Assembly (NCBI RefSeq): GCF_006345805.1
Contig: NW_021832983.1
Span: forward strand, 8,989-72,988
Source: Octopus sinensis
Taxonomy: Eukaryota
DNA length: 64,000 bases
Direction: 5' to 3'
Shown: positions 37,400 to 51,616 of the stretch, in pieces
How the letters are laid out: each line of letters starts with the position of its first letter
Numbering within the stretch: the first letter of the stretch is position 1
Notes under the pieces: model-generated
Seen by the model: only the letters and a program-made list of their open reading frames with translations
Told to the model about the DNA's origin: nothing
The model's database searches: none
Program-made: the position numbers and the translations under genes

Positions 37400-38200
37400 C
37401 CGCTCCAAAATGTGATTGTAGACAAATAAATACTTGCCCACCCCACGGGACATGCATGGTTACTTCAGTTGTATACGACGAAAGTGCTTAATCAGTTCTG
37501 CCAAATAAGGAAGCTAGAAAGAAAAGATATATTCGAGTCTAAAGAAGGGACTTTAAAAAATTGATATGTGTGCCACTGATTGTCTTTTCGATACGGAGAC
37601 ACGAAGAAATCCACCAACGCAGCTATACACATTTGGGAAGCTAAAAACCATGCACACCATCAGGTGGAATATCGTTGAGCAATACACGCCATATGTTAAT
37701 GAGTCAAAGTGATGTCGGTTTGTTGTAGCTGAAAAAATTCATATAGTTTGTAAATCTGAGATCTCCACCGCCCTCCGGAACTAGGGACTAGGAATTTTCT
37801 ATGCTGGCATCTCGTCAAATTTCAACTCTCGAAAGGGAGAACACCACCCTCTCCGGATAAGTCATGCACTCTTTAATCTTTCACCGTTGGATTAACCCTA
37901 ACAACTACCGTTAATTCCCGTCCTAACAAGCTAAACAGAAACAAATCCTCTCCAAGCTATTATCTTCGCAGTTTCTTTTTCTCGCTTTTTTTTCTTTTGT
38001 ATTCATCGTTCTTTCTTACTTTTTCTCAGACAGCAACCATGCGTATTTTGAGCTTGAAAGATTCTAGAATAATTTCCGACATGCTATACAAGGTTTTCCG
38101 ATTAGTGAAATATCGGAGCATGGAGCTTATGGTAGCTCATACTTATACAGTGTATACTCATAATTTATAAACTTATAGTGTTTAATTTTATAAGATATGA
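37400..38200 (+). pseudogene. Decayed PLE 3' end of a second GIY-YIG type, plus 3' UTR
   Basis: KCDCRQINTCPPHGTCMVTSVVY...YI...LSFRY...HIWEAK...IRWNIVEQYTPY...K*CRFVVAEKIHI resembles CxC-R..CPLxGxC-type PLE endonucleases. A pyrimidine-rich UTR then ends in (TA)n. Confidence 0.65.
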
Positions 38201-38769
38201 CACGATATGATGTTATATATATATATATACTATATATATACATACATACATGTTTATAAATGTATATATATACATACATATATATATATGTGTGTGTGGT
38301 GTATATATATTTAAAATATGTATGTATATATATATATATATATACATATACATACATATATACATACATATTATATACACACACACACACACACACCCCA
38401 CACACACCACACACATATATATATATTATATATCATATATATATATATATATATAATATATATATATATATATACTAACAAAACGTACACGTAGCACAGA
38501 CACAGAAGGACCGTAATTCTTCATCAATTATCGAACGAAAAATATTAATACTCACTTTCAAATGCAGAGAAGAGAAGAGAATGAATGTGAGAAGACAATG
38601 TGTACATGTTGTTTCTTTGTGTGAATGTGAGTGTGTGTGTGTGTGTGTATGTGTGTACGCGCGCGTCTCTTTCTACAGTTCCTATTCGTCCAGTCATCTG
38701 TAAATTTATGAGACGCCAGAAAAGTGCTGACCAGTTATTATTATTCGTCAGAGCATTATTCGACACTGC

Positions 38770-39400
38770 TTATAGGTAATTCTTATGGCTCTTTACGTTC
38801 TGACTTTGCTTTTCATCCTTTCAGCTTCTATAAATTAAACACCAGTAATCGACTAGCTTCCTCCGCAAAATTTACAGGCCGAGTGCTGATAATAGAAAAA
38901 TATTCATTCAGAATTTTAAAAATTTTGCTCCAAGAATTTTGTATATGTTCAAGTGGATCTGAAAGATTTAGTTTTCATTTTTTATATCATTTCTGACTGG
39001 TGGACGATGTACTGGCAGAATCATTAGCATGCCGGGCAAAATGCTTAGCCGGATTTCGTCCGTCTTTACGTTTCAAAATTCTGCCGAATTTGACTTTGCA
39101 TTTAATCCTTTCAGGGTCGATAAAATTACTACCAGTTAAACACTGGAGTCAATGAAATCAACTTACCTCCTCACCTGAAATTTCTAGCCTTGTGCCAAAA
39201 TTTGAAATCGTTATTATTTCTGATTGAAGGGCGGCGAGTTGACAGAATAGTAGACCCGTCAGAATTTGACCTTTGAACGAGGTTGACTTTACATTTCCTT
39301 CTTTCGTAGTTGATAAAATAAGTACTAGTTGATCACTGAGGTCGATGTAATGTCAAACCCCCAAATTTCAGGCTTTATGTCCATATTAGAAAGGATATTA
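38770..39400 (+). mobile_element. Cluster of three degenerate SINE-A2 fragments (about 38770-38900, 39010-39210, 39225-39400)
   Basis: Recurring tggcagaatc.ttagc, gactttgc.ttt.atccttt and aaatttc.ggcctt motifs. Confidence 0.65.
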
Positions 39401-39654
39401 TTTCTGAGTGGGTTTGTTACTGAACATTACGAAATATCTATTCCATACCGGCATTAGCTAACAAGGGCAGTTTTCTCTTAATATCTCCATTTCCATGTTA
39501 TCGTCAAATTACCGTCAAATACAAGTCAAGCTTCGCTTTCTGTCAAACGGGAATGTCCCCAAATGAAACTAGTTCAAAGTAAAACAAGAAATAAAAAACA
39601 TTACGTAAAATACAATATTCATAAACACACAAATAAAACCCAAACTGAAAGAAA

Positions 39655-39710
39655 TCAAAATGGCGGTGCCCCAGCATGGCCATAGCCTTTGGGTTGCAAC
39701 ACATAAAGGA
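39655..39710 (+). mobile_element. Isolated CR1 3'-UTR tail
   Basis: aaatggcggtgccccagcatggccatagc, matching about 19371-19400. Confidence 0.6.
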
Positions 39711-39894
39711 AGAGACCAGCAATTATGACAACAACAGTTAGAGTATACATGCATATATTTTGCTAAACGAAAATATTGCTGCAGCATTCACCGCCGCACA
39801 TTCGAATGAGAAAACTGACCTCAGGTATCCGTATATGATTTTGGGTGTCCACGAAAGTAAAATAGTAAACTAGGGATCCGCAGTAGTATTTTAA

Positions 39895-40124
39895 GGGTCT
39901 CTTTACTCTTACTCTTTCATTCTTACTTGTTTCAGTTATTTGACTGTGGCTATGCTGGAGCACCGCCTTGAGTCAATCAAATTGACCACAGGACTTATGC
40001 TTTGTAAGCCTAGTACTTATTTTATCGTTCTATTTTGCCGAACCACTAAGTTACGGGGACGTAAACACACCAGCATCGGTTGTCAAGCGTTGTTGGGGAG
40101 ACAAACACAGAAACATATACACAC

Positions 40125-40174
<50 letters not shown>

Positions 40175-40338
40175 GTATATACGACGGGCTTCTTTCAGTT
40201 TCCGTCTACCAAATCCACTCACAAGGCTTTGGTCGGCCCGAGGCTATAGGAAAAGACACTTGCCCAAGGTGCCACGCAGTGGGACTGAATCCGGAGCCAT
40301 GTAGTTGGTAAGCAAGCTACTTACCACACAGCCACAAC
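39895..40338 (-). mobile_element. SINE-B
   Basis: Full-length homology with an internal (TA)n tract. Confidence 0.9.
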
Positions 40339-40379
40339 TAACCAATAATTAAATTTTGCTTTCTGATGTATTTAGCGCA

Positions 40380-40592
40380 AGAAACAGCCAGTTTTCTTTC
40401 TCTAATGTTTTACATAATTCAACATGTTTCTGGCCACCGAAACATGTTCTCTCGCAGAGTGCTACTGCAAACCTGCACAAGTGAATTGGTGAAAAACAAA
40501 ATGAGAATTTTGAAATAAATATCTATAAAACTGGCTGTGGAAAATAGTTACCAAGGGGGTCCGTAGGTAAAAAAATGGTTGAGAACCACAGC
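40380..40592. mobile_element. Probable hAT (Charlie-like) non-autonomous DNA transposon end
   Basis: Ends ggggtccgtaggtaaaaaaatggttgagaaccacag, close to the reverse complement of the cagtggttctcaacc-type hAT TIR. The left end is degenerate (possibly about 39810). Confidence 0.4.
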
Positions 40593-41436
40593 CCTAGTTA
40601 TAGTCGAAAAGTCTGAAGTTTAGTGACATAATGTTCTTAAACCCGGCACAAATTTCGTTACAATCTATCACAAAATCATGCGAGAGGTGGAAGAGGGTAA
40701 CTTAACTGCTTTTTATGTTCCATTCAAGGAAGATCTAGAAAGTTTCCAAGTAGACACGCTACGGGAACATTTTTTTCATTGAGGGAAGGAGGACATATGG
40801 CACTATATGTGCCATCTTTAAAATAGAATGCGGCTAAAGTGCATACTCAAGTTATTCGAGAAAACTCTAGGTCACAAACGTCTAGACGGACGAAATGCGC
40901 CAAGCATTTTGCTTGGCGTGCTAACAGTTCTGCCAGCTTGTCGCCTTATGCCAATAAAAAAGTAAATGTAAAATTTCATAGAATATATTTCGAAAGATTT
41001 AGCTTTCATACCAAGAATTAATAATTGTGAAGCTTTTAGAAAATAATTATCAAAACAACTCTTTAAAAGCGTGTTAAACTATAAAACTACAATTTTAAAA
41101 AAATGTAACTTTCTGACAAGTAAAACAAGGAAAAATTAACAGAAATTTAATGCAAAACTATAAAAATATATATATTCTTACTCTCCCGTTTCAAACCACA
41201 ATTTAAAAGATATAATAGTTAAACTATTAAAAAGCAACTAAAAATGTAACCATTCCCGCAACTATAAAAATGTATCTAAAAGAAAAGCTTCCCGCCTCTA
41301 CACCATCAAATTAGATTGAACTCTGAAATAGTTACTAAATACATTACTACCTCCAAACATTCACAGGTAACACCACCACCACCACAACGACGGCAACAAG
41401 AGCAAGAATACATTAAGGCCAATACCAATGAAGGCG

Positions 41437-42028
41437 AAGGCGGCGAGCTGGCAGAAACGTTAGTCGTATTTCGTCTGCCGTTACGTTCTGAGTTCAAATT
41501 CCGCCGAGGTCGACTTTGCCTTTCATCCTTTCGGGGACGATAAATTAAGTAGCAGTTACGCACTGGGGTCGATGTAATCGACTCAATCCGTTTGTCCGTC
41601 CTTGTTTGTCCTCTCTGTGTTTAGCCCCTTGTGGGTAGTAAAGAAATAGGTATTTCGTCTGCCGCTACGTTCTGAGTTCAAATTCCGCCGAGGTCGACTT
41701 TGCCTTTCATCCTTTCGGGGTAGATAAATACCAGTTATGCACTGGGGTCGATGTAATCGACTTAATCCGTTTGTCTGTCCTCGTTTGTCCTCTCTGTGTT
41801 TAGCCCCTGTGGGTAGCAAAGAAATAGAAATAGATACTTCGTCTGTTGCTACGTTCTGAGTTCAAATTCCGCCGAGGTCGACTTTACCTTTCATCTTTTC
41901 GGGGTCGATTAAACAAGTACCAGTTACGCACTGGGGTCGATATAATCGACTTAATCCGTTTGTCTGTCCTTGTTTGTCCTTTCAGTGTTTAGTCCCTGTG
42001 GGTAGTAAAGAAATAGGTATTTCGTCTG
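41437..42028 (+). mobile_element. SINE-A1 head-to-tail trimer (units of about 184 bp)
   Basis: Unit starts (atttcgtctg-like) at 41468, 41652, 41836 and 42019. Confidence 0.92.
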
Positions 42029-42119
42029 AAAAAAATATTAATAAAAATATATTTAAACGATAATTTACAGGACGAAATTATATCTAAAGTGTTACTTCTA
42101 ATGACAATTAAATCCTTTG

Positions 42120-42270
42120 TTTTATAGGTACCAGGCCTGACATTTTGAGGGAAGGGATAAAGAATGATATTGACCCCATTTTAGCCTATTTTTGCACCTT
42201 CGAAAAGACGAAAGGCAAAATCGACCGCAGCGGAATTTGAATACAAAGCGTAAAGCCAAAAGAAATGTCT
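42120..42270 (-). mobile_element. Degenerate SINE-A2
   Basis: gaaaggcaaaatcgaccgcagcggaatttgaa. Confidence 0.6.
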
Positions 42271-42619
42271 ATATGCATTTTTTAGTCTGCTACGGAAACG
42301 ATTGTGATAGCTCGTCGCCCTTTTGAGGCTGGTTTCATGGCTTCAAGCTCCTGCTTGATGGGGTTGGGGTCATACCAGATTAATGGTCCCAGAGACGTCG
42401 TCATGTATGGCCGACCAGGTTCACCAGAGACGTCGTCATGTGTATGGCCGACCAGGTTCACCAGTGCTGTACCATGCCGGCCCTTCTGCACCCTCCAGTA
42501 ATTTTAAGGGCGGAAGGTAAGTCGATATCATTGACCCCCACTGTTCAACAGGTATTTATTCTAACAACCTCTGAAAGTATGGATTGTAAAATCAACCTCG
42601 AGCAAATATCTACTCAGCC

Positions 42620-42900
42620 CGGTCTTCAGTGAAGAGATCGCAGTAAGCTGGGTCTAAACCTCAGGAAATTGAACAACATGGCCAAACAGTCTGAGTTCGC
42701 ACTCCCGAATCAATATATGTAACAGGACGCATCCTGGTTTCTGTGTAAGGCTGTTAATTGGATAGGGAATCCGACCAATGGTAACCCAGAATCAGGTGAA
42801 GGAAAGGTACACTAAGTCTGAATAAAGTACACTTGCCCTTGGTACCTTAACGTGGGACTGAACCAACCAGAGTCAACGTAGCTGCGAAGCAATCCTTTGA
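42620..42900 (-). mobile_element. Decayed RTE/RTEX-like LINE thumb fragment
   Basis: ILGYHWSDSLSN*...ETRMRPVT...IRECELRLFGHVVQFPE. Confidence 0.55.
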
Positions 42901-43440
42901 AGTGATGTTTGGGTTGGTCACGATTGGAACGTCTATAAACAGGTGTGTCACTCAGGGATCAGCAACGCAGTGGTTTGTAGGGAAAAGTTAACATTATTAC
43001 GAGAGAACCTCCCCTTCTTTTGTAGAAGATTGGGGACAGAGAGGCAGTCATATACTACATTCACACGCTTTGCACCTTTCTTTCACTCCTTTCTGCTCCC
43101 CCTCTCTGTAATTCTCTCTCTGTCTTTCTCTCTCTCTCTCCCTCTTTCAGTCTACCTATATCGCTCCCACTTTCGTGTTCACTATCCGCTTTCCCTTCTC
43201 TTTCCGTCACCCACTTCTCCCTTTCTTATGGATAATGCTCAGTATATATGAGGCGCAAAGGTATGTGTGAATATGTGTGTGTGAAGTGTGGACATAAGAA
43301 TATGTGTTCTGTATGTGTGTCTGCATACGGGCTGTTGTGTATGCTTGTATGTACTTATGTATGTATGCTTGTATGTATGTTTGTATGCATATATCTATGC
43401 ACGTATACTTAGTTGTGAAAATATGTGTACACACATCACA

Positions 43441-43487
<47 letters not shown>

Positions 43488-43538
43488 GTATATATATGCA
43501 TACATGTATTTAAGGCTGTGTATAACTATTTCACCAAG

Positions 43539-43581
<43 letters not shown>

Positions 43582-44084
43582 GTAGTTGTTCATATGTTTC
43601 TGCGAATGCATATATATACATACAGACACACACACACGCACACAAACATATATATATATATGTGTGTGTGTGTTGTGTGTGTGTGAGTGTATGTATGTCA
43701 AATATGCGTACACATCGACACAGCCTCACAAACAGACTCACACATATACATACACAAACCTATACATACACACACGCGTACATATGCATGCAATCATACA
43801 CATATACACAATTACATATATAAATTGTATATATAAATGTCTGTGTGTAAACATATAAGTGTGTGTGTGTGTGTTTGAAAGTGTGTGTGAAAGTGTGTGT
43901 GAGTGTATGAGAGTGTGTATGAGTGTGTGTATTTAAATTATGTTAAAACATCGTTTCATTTTTTAAATAAAAGATGAAATTTAAAACATGACATTAGCCT
44001 GTGTCATTAACTGATGGCTTTCTTTCAATGTTTCTCTTTGTCTGCATATTTCAATGTCTGTCTCTTTGTCCCACTTAGCGACAC

Positions 44085-44330
<246 letters not shown>

Positions 44331-44363
44331 CTATTTATACTCACAGATACACATACACTCTAT

Positions 44364-44397
<34 letters not shown>

Positions 44398-45202
44398 CAT
44401 AGGGGGTGTCCATGTATCTGTGTGTGTGTCTCTACCTGTTTCTCTAACTACTTGCCTAGTTTTCAATCTTTTTCACTCTATATATTTATACATATTTGTA
44501 CATACATATATACATAGTTCATACATGCATGCATACATACATACATACATACATACATACATACATACATACATACATACATACATACATACGTACATAC
44601 GTACATACGTACATACGTACATACGTACATATATACATGCGTATATGTGTGCACTATGTAGGGAATAAGCACAAACGATAAAAATAATATGACAGATAAA
44701 TCAAAGGAAGAATTTAATGACAATTAACCCTTCCTCAGCTCGTTCACTCGGGATTCAAGCAGTTTCAACGTGTAATTTAAGGATGCTTGCTTCAGGATCA
44801 TGCACACTCATTGGTTATGGTGTTAAGCAATTGATACAATGGTGGGCCAGTATTACTTCCTCTCTTTCTCTTTGCTTTCTCACACTCTCTTTCCTCTTTT
44901 CTTTCTCTCTACCCTTGTCTTCCTCTCACTTCTAGTTCTTTCCCCTTTTCTATCGCACTTCTCTCACATCTCTCTCTCTATTTCCCACTATCCCTATCTC
45001 TCACCCACCTCTCTCTACCTCTCTTTCCTTCTTTCTACGCTGCCTCTAGTTCACTTCTTCCTAATTTCTTTTGCCGTTCAGCTGACCTAGTGTGCGCACA
45101 TTGTTTTTCTGTCCCTTATTCACCAAAGGGTTTAGTCCAAGCATCCCTCTCCCATTTTATTGTCTTTATGTTTCGCGTTGCACACGTCGCATTTAGTGTT
45201 AT

Positions 45203-45410
45203 TAAGGCGATAAGCCGGCAGAATTCTTAGTAGGCCGGGCAAAATGCTTGGTGACAGTTCGACCGTCCTTACGCTCTGAGTTCAAATCTGCCGAGGTCGA
45301 CTTAGCCTTTTGTCCTTTCAGTGCTGATAAAATAAGTCCCAGTTGGACACTGGGGTCAATGTAATAGACATATCCCACCTCAGAAATTGCTGTTCCAAAT
45401 TTTGAATTCA
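45203..45410 (+). mobile_element. SINE-A2 (diverged)
   Basis: Homology to other copies. Confidence 0.75.
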
Positions 45411-45674
45411 ATATATAGTGTTATTTTGCATTGGTTTATTTGCATCGTAATCTATTATTGAATTTTATAAAAGTTTCTCGCCATTATGTGCGTGACCAGT
45501 TTCAATTCTGGAAACAAAAAAGAAGCTGTTCATAGATACACACACACATGTACATATGCATATACACATTACATACTTACATACATGTTATACATACGCA
45601 CAAACATTGCATACCTACAATCATACACAAACACATTGATACATGCGTACACATACACACACACATATATATGA

Positions 45675-45712
<38 letters not shown>

Positions 45713-45787
45713 CTATACCTCCACCTATCCATCAATACATGCATACATACATACATATATATATATATATCATACATCACATATCAC

Positions 45788-45883
<96 letters not shown>

Positions 45884-45908
45884 TATATACATATACATAT
45901 ATCATATA

Positions 45909-47176
45909 CAGGCTGTGTAAGGTATTTGGAGACATACCTTTCTTGGGTCATTGCTGCATTTTTTGCTAACTCTATATAATCTTTTTTTCACGAAATAATA
46001 ATGCCAGGCCCTCACCATACTCAAGAAATAAAGTGGCATGCTGTTATTTTGGTTATAAAGGCTGAGCATATCGATTTAGAAATATCTTGTGTTTTAATAG
46101 TTGTCAGATCTTTCGTCTACAGAGTTTGTAAGAAGCTAGAGAGTGAAGATGGAAATGTATCTCCAGTATCAGAGCATAAAAATCATTCTAAACGCTCTGA
46201 AATCATCAGAATACCTGAATTTATCCAGCAAGTTCAACAGACCATTGGTTACAATCCCAGAAAGTCCATGAGGTCAATTGCAAAAGATCTACATGTGTCA
46301 GAAGGAACAGTCAGAAATTTTATCCATGAAGATATCAGATATAAGTCTTATGTGATAAGGAAAGGTCAATTTATCAGAAAAAGCAAAAGATAATCACTAC
46401 ATCAGATGTAAAAAGGCCCTTAAATAAACTGAAAACTCCAGCAGAAGAAGATTTGATTTGGCTTTTTTCTTAAACGAGAAAATCTTCGAATAAGATCAAA
46501 AAGTTAACAGAAGAAATGCCAATGGTTATGTGCAGACGTGCAGACTCTTCTGAGCTTCCAAGTGTTATCCATACAAAATTTCCTGCAACTGTCTTGGGTT
46601 ATTTGGGTTGTCAGCAAATAAATGACATGTGATGTGTCCTTACTTCTTTCCACAACTTAAATCTATCACCTGCATTGAGATCCTGGATATAATTGTTAAG
46701 AACTGGATAGACAGCGTATGCAATGGAAGGCCATATATGTTTCAGTAAGACACTGCACTATCAGGCATGGCTCTAGTAACATGTAAGATATCAGTAAAAT
46801 TTTCATGATCGCATAACCCCTAACATCTGGCATCCTAATTCCCCAGATCTCAATTCATGGGACTATTATACGTGGAGCGTTGTTGAGAGAGAAGTTAATA
46901 AACACGTCCATAACACCAAAGATTCTTTGAAAGCTGCCATAATCAGAGTAATGTCCAAAATGAACCAGGACCACTTGATTCGAGCATGTAGATGATTTAG
47001 ATCTCATATAGAAGCAGTTATTGAAGCTGAAGGTGGCTTTATTGAATAAGATTATAGAAAAGAAGGTTTATTTTTATTCTCATAGCATCTTTTGATAAAT
47101 AAAGTTATTATCTGTTATTATATATTGTTATTTTTTTACAAACATAAATCGGTCCTCAAATATCTTCCGCCCCCTG
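45909..47176 (+). mobile_element. Near full-length, decayed Tc1/mariner DNA transposon
   Basis: TA-preceded left end caggctgtgtaaggtatttggagac versus right end (reverse complement) cagggggcggaagatatttgaggac. It encloses a transposase remnant. Confidence 0.85.
46001..47049 (+). pseudogene. Tc1/mariner transposase pseudogene (motifs resemble the DD37D/maT-like group)
   Basis: HTH region NPRKSMRSIAKDLHVSEGTVR; HTKFPATV; GRPYMFQ*DTA; IWHPNSPDLNSWDYYTWSVVE; AVIEAEGGFIE*. It has several stops and frameshifts. Confidence 0.9.
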
Positions 47177-47192
47177 CATACACACACACACT

Positions 47193-47258
<66 letters not shown>

Positions 47259-47278
47259 ACACAGAGACATACATATTG

Positions 47279-47657
47279 TGGCACTCCGCCGGTTACGACG
47301 ACGTGGGTTCCAGTTGATCCGATCAACGGATCAGCCTACTCGTGAAATTAACGTGGAAGTGGCTGAGCACTCCGCAGACATGTGTACCCTTAACGTAGTT
47401 CTCGAAGAGATTCAGTGTGACACAGAGTGTGACAAGGCTGGCCCCTTTGAAATACAGGTACAACAGAAACAGTAAGAAAGAGTGAGAGAAAGCTGAGGAG
47501 AAAGAATGTAGCAGGGTTCGCCACCACCACCCTGCCGGAGCATCGTGGGGCTTTAGGTGCTTTCGCTCAATAAACACTCACAACGCCCGGTCTGGGAATC
47601 GAAACCGCGATCCTACGACCGCGTGTTCGCTGCCCAAACCACTGGGCCATTGCGCCT
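47279..47657 (-). mobile_element. SINE family C, tail variant 3
   Basis: Reverse complement of the 62995-63369 type. Confidence 0.9.
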
Positions 47658-47661
47658 ATAT

Positions 47662-47785
47662 ACATCCTTTCGGGGTCGAAAGATTAAGTACCAGTTACGC
47701 ACTGGGCTCGATGTAATCTACTTAAACCCTTTGTCTGTCCTTGTTTGTCCCCTCGGTGTTTAGCCCCTTGTGGGTAGTAAACAAA
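47662..47785 (+). mobile_element. SINE-A1 3' half
   Basis: catcctttcggggtcg...ttagccccttgtgggtagtaaa. Confidence 0.8.
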
Positions 47786-48205
47786 TATATATACACACAC
47801 ATACACACACACATACACACACACATACACACATACAAACATGTACATACATTCTAACATAAATATGGTTACCACCATCGCAACCACCTCCACTTGCACG
47901 CATCCACTATTACCATCACAACGTACCCACTACTGCCACCATAACGAACACACTACACCCCACAACACCTCACAACAATAATAACCATCGCCACCGCCTC
48001 CACCCCCAGTACTTCACCATCTCCGCTATCATGTAGTAATTAAATTCTATTTAGCGTTTTTTAAGTGTAATGGATTTTCAATACGACGTTGGTAAGATTA
48101 ATGCATATGAAGATGCCAAGTTCTGAGTACGTGTAACTGTGAGTGTGTGCGTGCGGCCTCTGTGTGTGGTGTGTATGCGAGTAGAAATGTTTGTGTCTCT
48201 GCGTA

Positions 48206-48241
<36 letters not shown>

Positions 48242-48294
48242 CATACACATATACACAACACACACACACACACGCACACATATTATATATATAT

Positions 48295-48347
<53 letters not shown>

Positions 48348-48360
48348 TCTGAATATATAT

Positions 48361-48441
<81 letters not shown>

Positions 48442-48574
48442 ACATATGTGTTTGTGTGTCTATATATATATGTATTATATATATAGTTAAATATATGTGT
48501 GCAGAATGTATTTATACACACACTCAAATACATTTACATGTCTATGTGCAATACATGCATATGTATATATATAC

Positions 48575-48628
<54 letters not shown>

Positions 48629-48678
48629 TTATAGTTATATTTATATATATGTATACTATTCATTTATATGAATATATG

Positions 48679-48713
<35 letters not shown>

Positions 48714-48863
48714 GTGCATGTGGCATACATATATATATACATATTTATATGCGTATATATATATAATATATATAAATGATATATATATATGTGTGTGTGG
48801 TGTGTATGTGTATGTGTGTATGTCTGCGTGTGTTCATATGAATGTATGTTTGACTACGCTTAC

Positions 48864-48902
<39 letters not shown>

Positions 48903-49399
48903 CATATATCTATCCGTGTGTGTGTGTATACACACACACAAACACATTCGAAGACGTATACCTACAAAGGTACGCACACGCGCTCTCATGGATATCCGTA
49001 GTGCTTTTTAATACAAACGCATTACACCCAATATATACAAAACCAAACACACACATACACACACACACACACATGCAAGAACAAACGCACACATACACAC
49101 ACACACACACACACATATATACAAGAACAAACACACACATGCACAACGTTGTTTACGCATGCGTTTGTGCGCGCGCGCTTTTGTGCCTATATTAAGTAGG
49201 ATACATGGCACTGGTGATTCAGAAGATGGATGGCGGGAGATGTGGATGGAGGTAAATGTGATAATATCATTTAGTAATGCTTGTCTCGGAGAATGATGTT
49301 GGAAAAGACTGGCAGCGTGAAGAGAAGAGAGGAATGTGAGAGGAGAGGTAAGGCTGAGAATAGGTAGCGTGTGCAATTAATAGATTAAGGTGAAGGTAG

Positions 49400-49425
49400 A
49401 TAGACAGAAAGACAGACAGACAGAC

Positions 49426-49470
<45 letters not shown>

Positions 49471-49493
49471 CATACATACATACATACAGAGAC

Positions 49494-49562
<69 letters not shown>
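49400..49562. repeat. (GACA)/(GATA)n array
   Basis: Read directly. Confidence 0.97.
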
Positions 49563-49724
49563 TTGAATTTTATATGTTATATATTTTGTATATATATTAA
49601 TTAATTTTATTTCTATGTTTTGGTTATGTTTTTCACTGTTTGATTTGCCTAATAGTAGTTTTATCTCTAATATAATTTATATATATATATATATTATATA
49701 TAGATATATATATATATATATATG

Positions 49725-50290
49725 CGTATGTGGGTACAGGACGTCACCAAATGTGTAAGCAACATGAAATACGAAACCAAACGAGTTAAATATGCAAACA
49801 ACGAGAGAGCAAACAGAAAACAGGACAAGTAAACACTGAGTACACCCTTCATCAGTTGTCGGTTATCTATCTACTCCTCATTTCGAGGATTCAACGGCAA
49901 TATGAGTCTTCAAAAAGAGTTGCTCCCATAAATTCCAAAATAAAATTTAGGATTTATGGGGGGGGTGAAAGATGGGAACAAAAACAGGGCAGTAGAGAGA
50001 TGCAAGGAAACCGAACGAAAACAAACGTGGAGGGTCGTTAGACCAGAACGAGAGGAAATTGTAAACGTTGGGAGAAATATATTCTTTGAAAAGAGAAAAG
50101 ATAGAAGAGAGATACAAAAAAACATGCCCGTTCTTTTGAACGTCCGTGCAGGAAAAGAGAGATGCTCAAGTGAGGAAAAGAAAGATGGACGATGGTCACG
50201 TGTGGAAAATGAGAGAGCGAAAAAGAGAAAGCTGGGAGAGAGAGTAATAGAAAACGGTGAAAGGGAAGAAAAACGGAATTAGAGGATAGG
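49725..50290 (-). mobile_element. Probable PLE-type 3' UTR/pLTR remnant
   Basis: Strongly pyrimidine-rich minus strand containing CTGATGAAGGG (about 49838-49848) and ending at (TA)n. No complete HHR could be folded. Confidence 0.4.
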
Positions 50291-50619
50291 GGAAGAAAAC
50301 AGTATAGATAGAGTCGCATCAAAAAGGTTAAGATAAACATACTTAGAAATGGATGCGTAGCGTTCAATTAAATAATAATATAAATGATATATGCATATAT
50401 ATATATATATACATATATATATAAATATTAAAATTACTAAGTCTCTATATATATATAAGAGAGAGAATAAGAGAGACATAGAGATAGACAGGTAAATAAA
50501 TACATACATACATATCTACATACATATATATGTAGGTAAGTAGAGAGAGAAAGAGATGTAGGAGAGTGTAAGAAAGTGGGCGCTTTAATGTGTGTGAAGA
50601 GAGACAGAAGGGAGATCGT

Positions 50620-50703
<84 letters not shown>

Positions 50704-51616
50704 TAGATAGATAGATAGATAGATAGGGAGGGAGGGAGGCAGAGAGAGAATGTGTACGTGTTTGTTTACGTACATGTATGTGTGTGAATACGTATGTGCT
50801 TATGCGTGTGCGTGTGCGTGTGTTTGTAAGTTAGATGGAATGAGGGCAAGTCTATGTATCTATATCCATGTGTGCGTATCTGTCTTTGCCCATGTGTGTC
50901 AGATACTTTCACTTTAACAATAAAAATTAGAGATAATAATAACAATTGAATTATATGTAGTAAGTAATAATTAAAATCAAACTAAAGTATAATATAATCG
51001 AAACATAACAAAAGTAAAAGTAGCAATTGGTATTAAATTGCAGTAATGACTTGAACTTGAATAAGTGGTTTCCCATGAATGGGAATAAATTAAAAATAAA
51101 ATTAGTGTGTAGAAATGGAATAGTCCAGATGGAGCTGTGCACATACCGTTTACCACGGTTTTTACATTAGATTATCTGCTAATTAGCTAGCATTAAGTAT
51201 CTATATGAAGTTTGGTTGTATGTAATGTCTTTTCTCTCGAACAGCCGCTTCTACTGAGTTGGTTTATATCTTATATCTTTATATCTTTATATCTTTATAT
51301 CTGTTGGTTTATATCTTATACATAAGGGACTATAGCTTCAACTGCGTACCGCTTTTTGATTCACCGTAAGGTTTGTTGTTATTATTATTATTGTTTAACT
51401 ATTGTTATCACGTTTGTTGGTTCCTCGTAAAGGAAACGTTGTTGTGTTGCATTTGTTAAATAATTGTAAACTGTAACCCTCCCCCTTTGGGAGAAGGACC
51501 TTTGGTTATTGTTTAAAAATTGAATTGTGTCCCTGATTGGGGAAATTGACAATATTTTCACCGTTTATACGGAAGCATTTTTGTTAGAATGCCTTCGGTA
51601 GAAGAAAGTCTAAAAA

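Noticed and set aside
49830-49880. CTGATGAAGGG on the minus strand
   Set aside because: No downstream stem II/GAAA in the correct order, so it is kept only as weak support for a PLE-type remnant.
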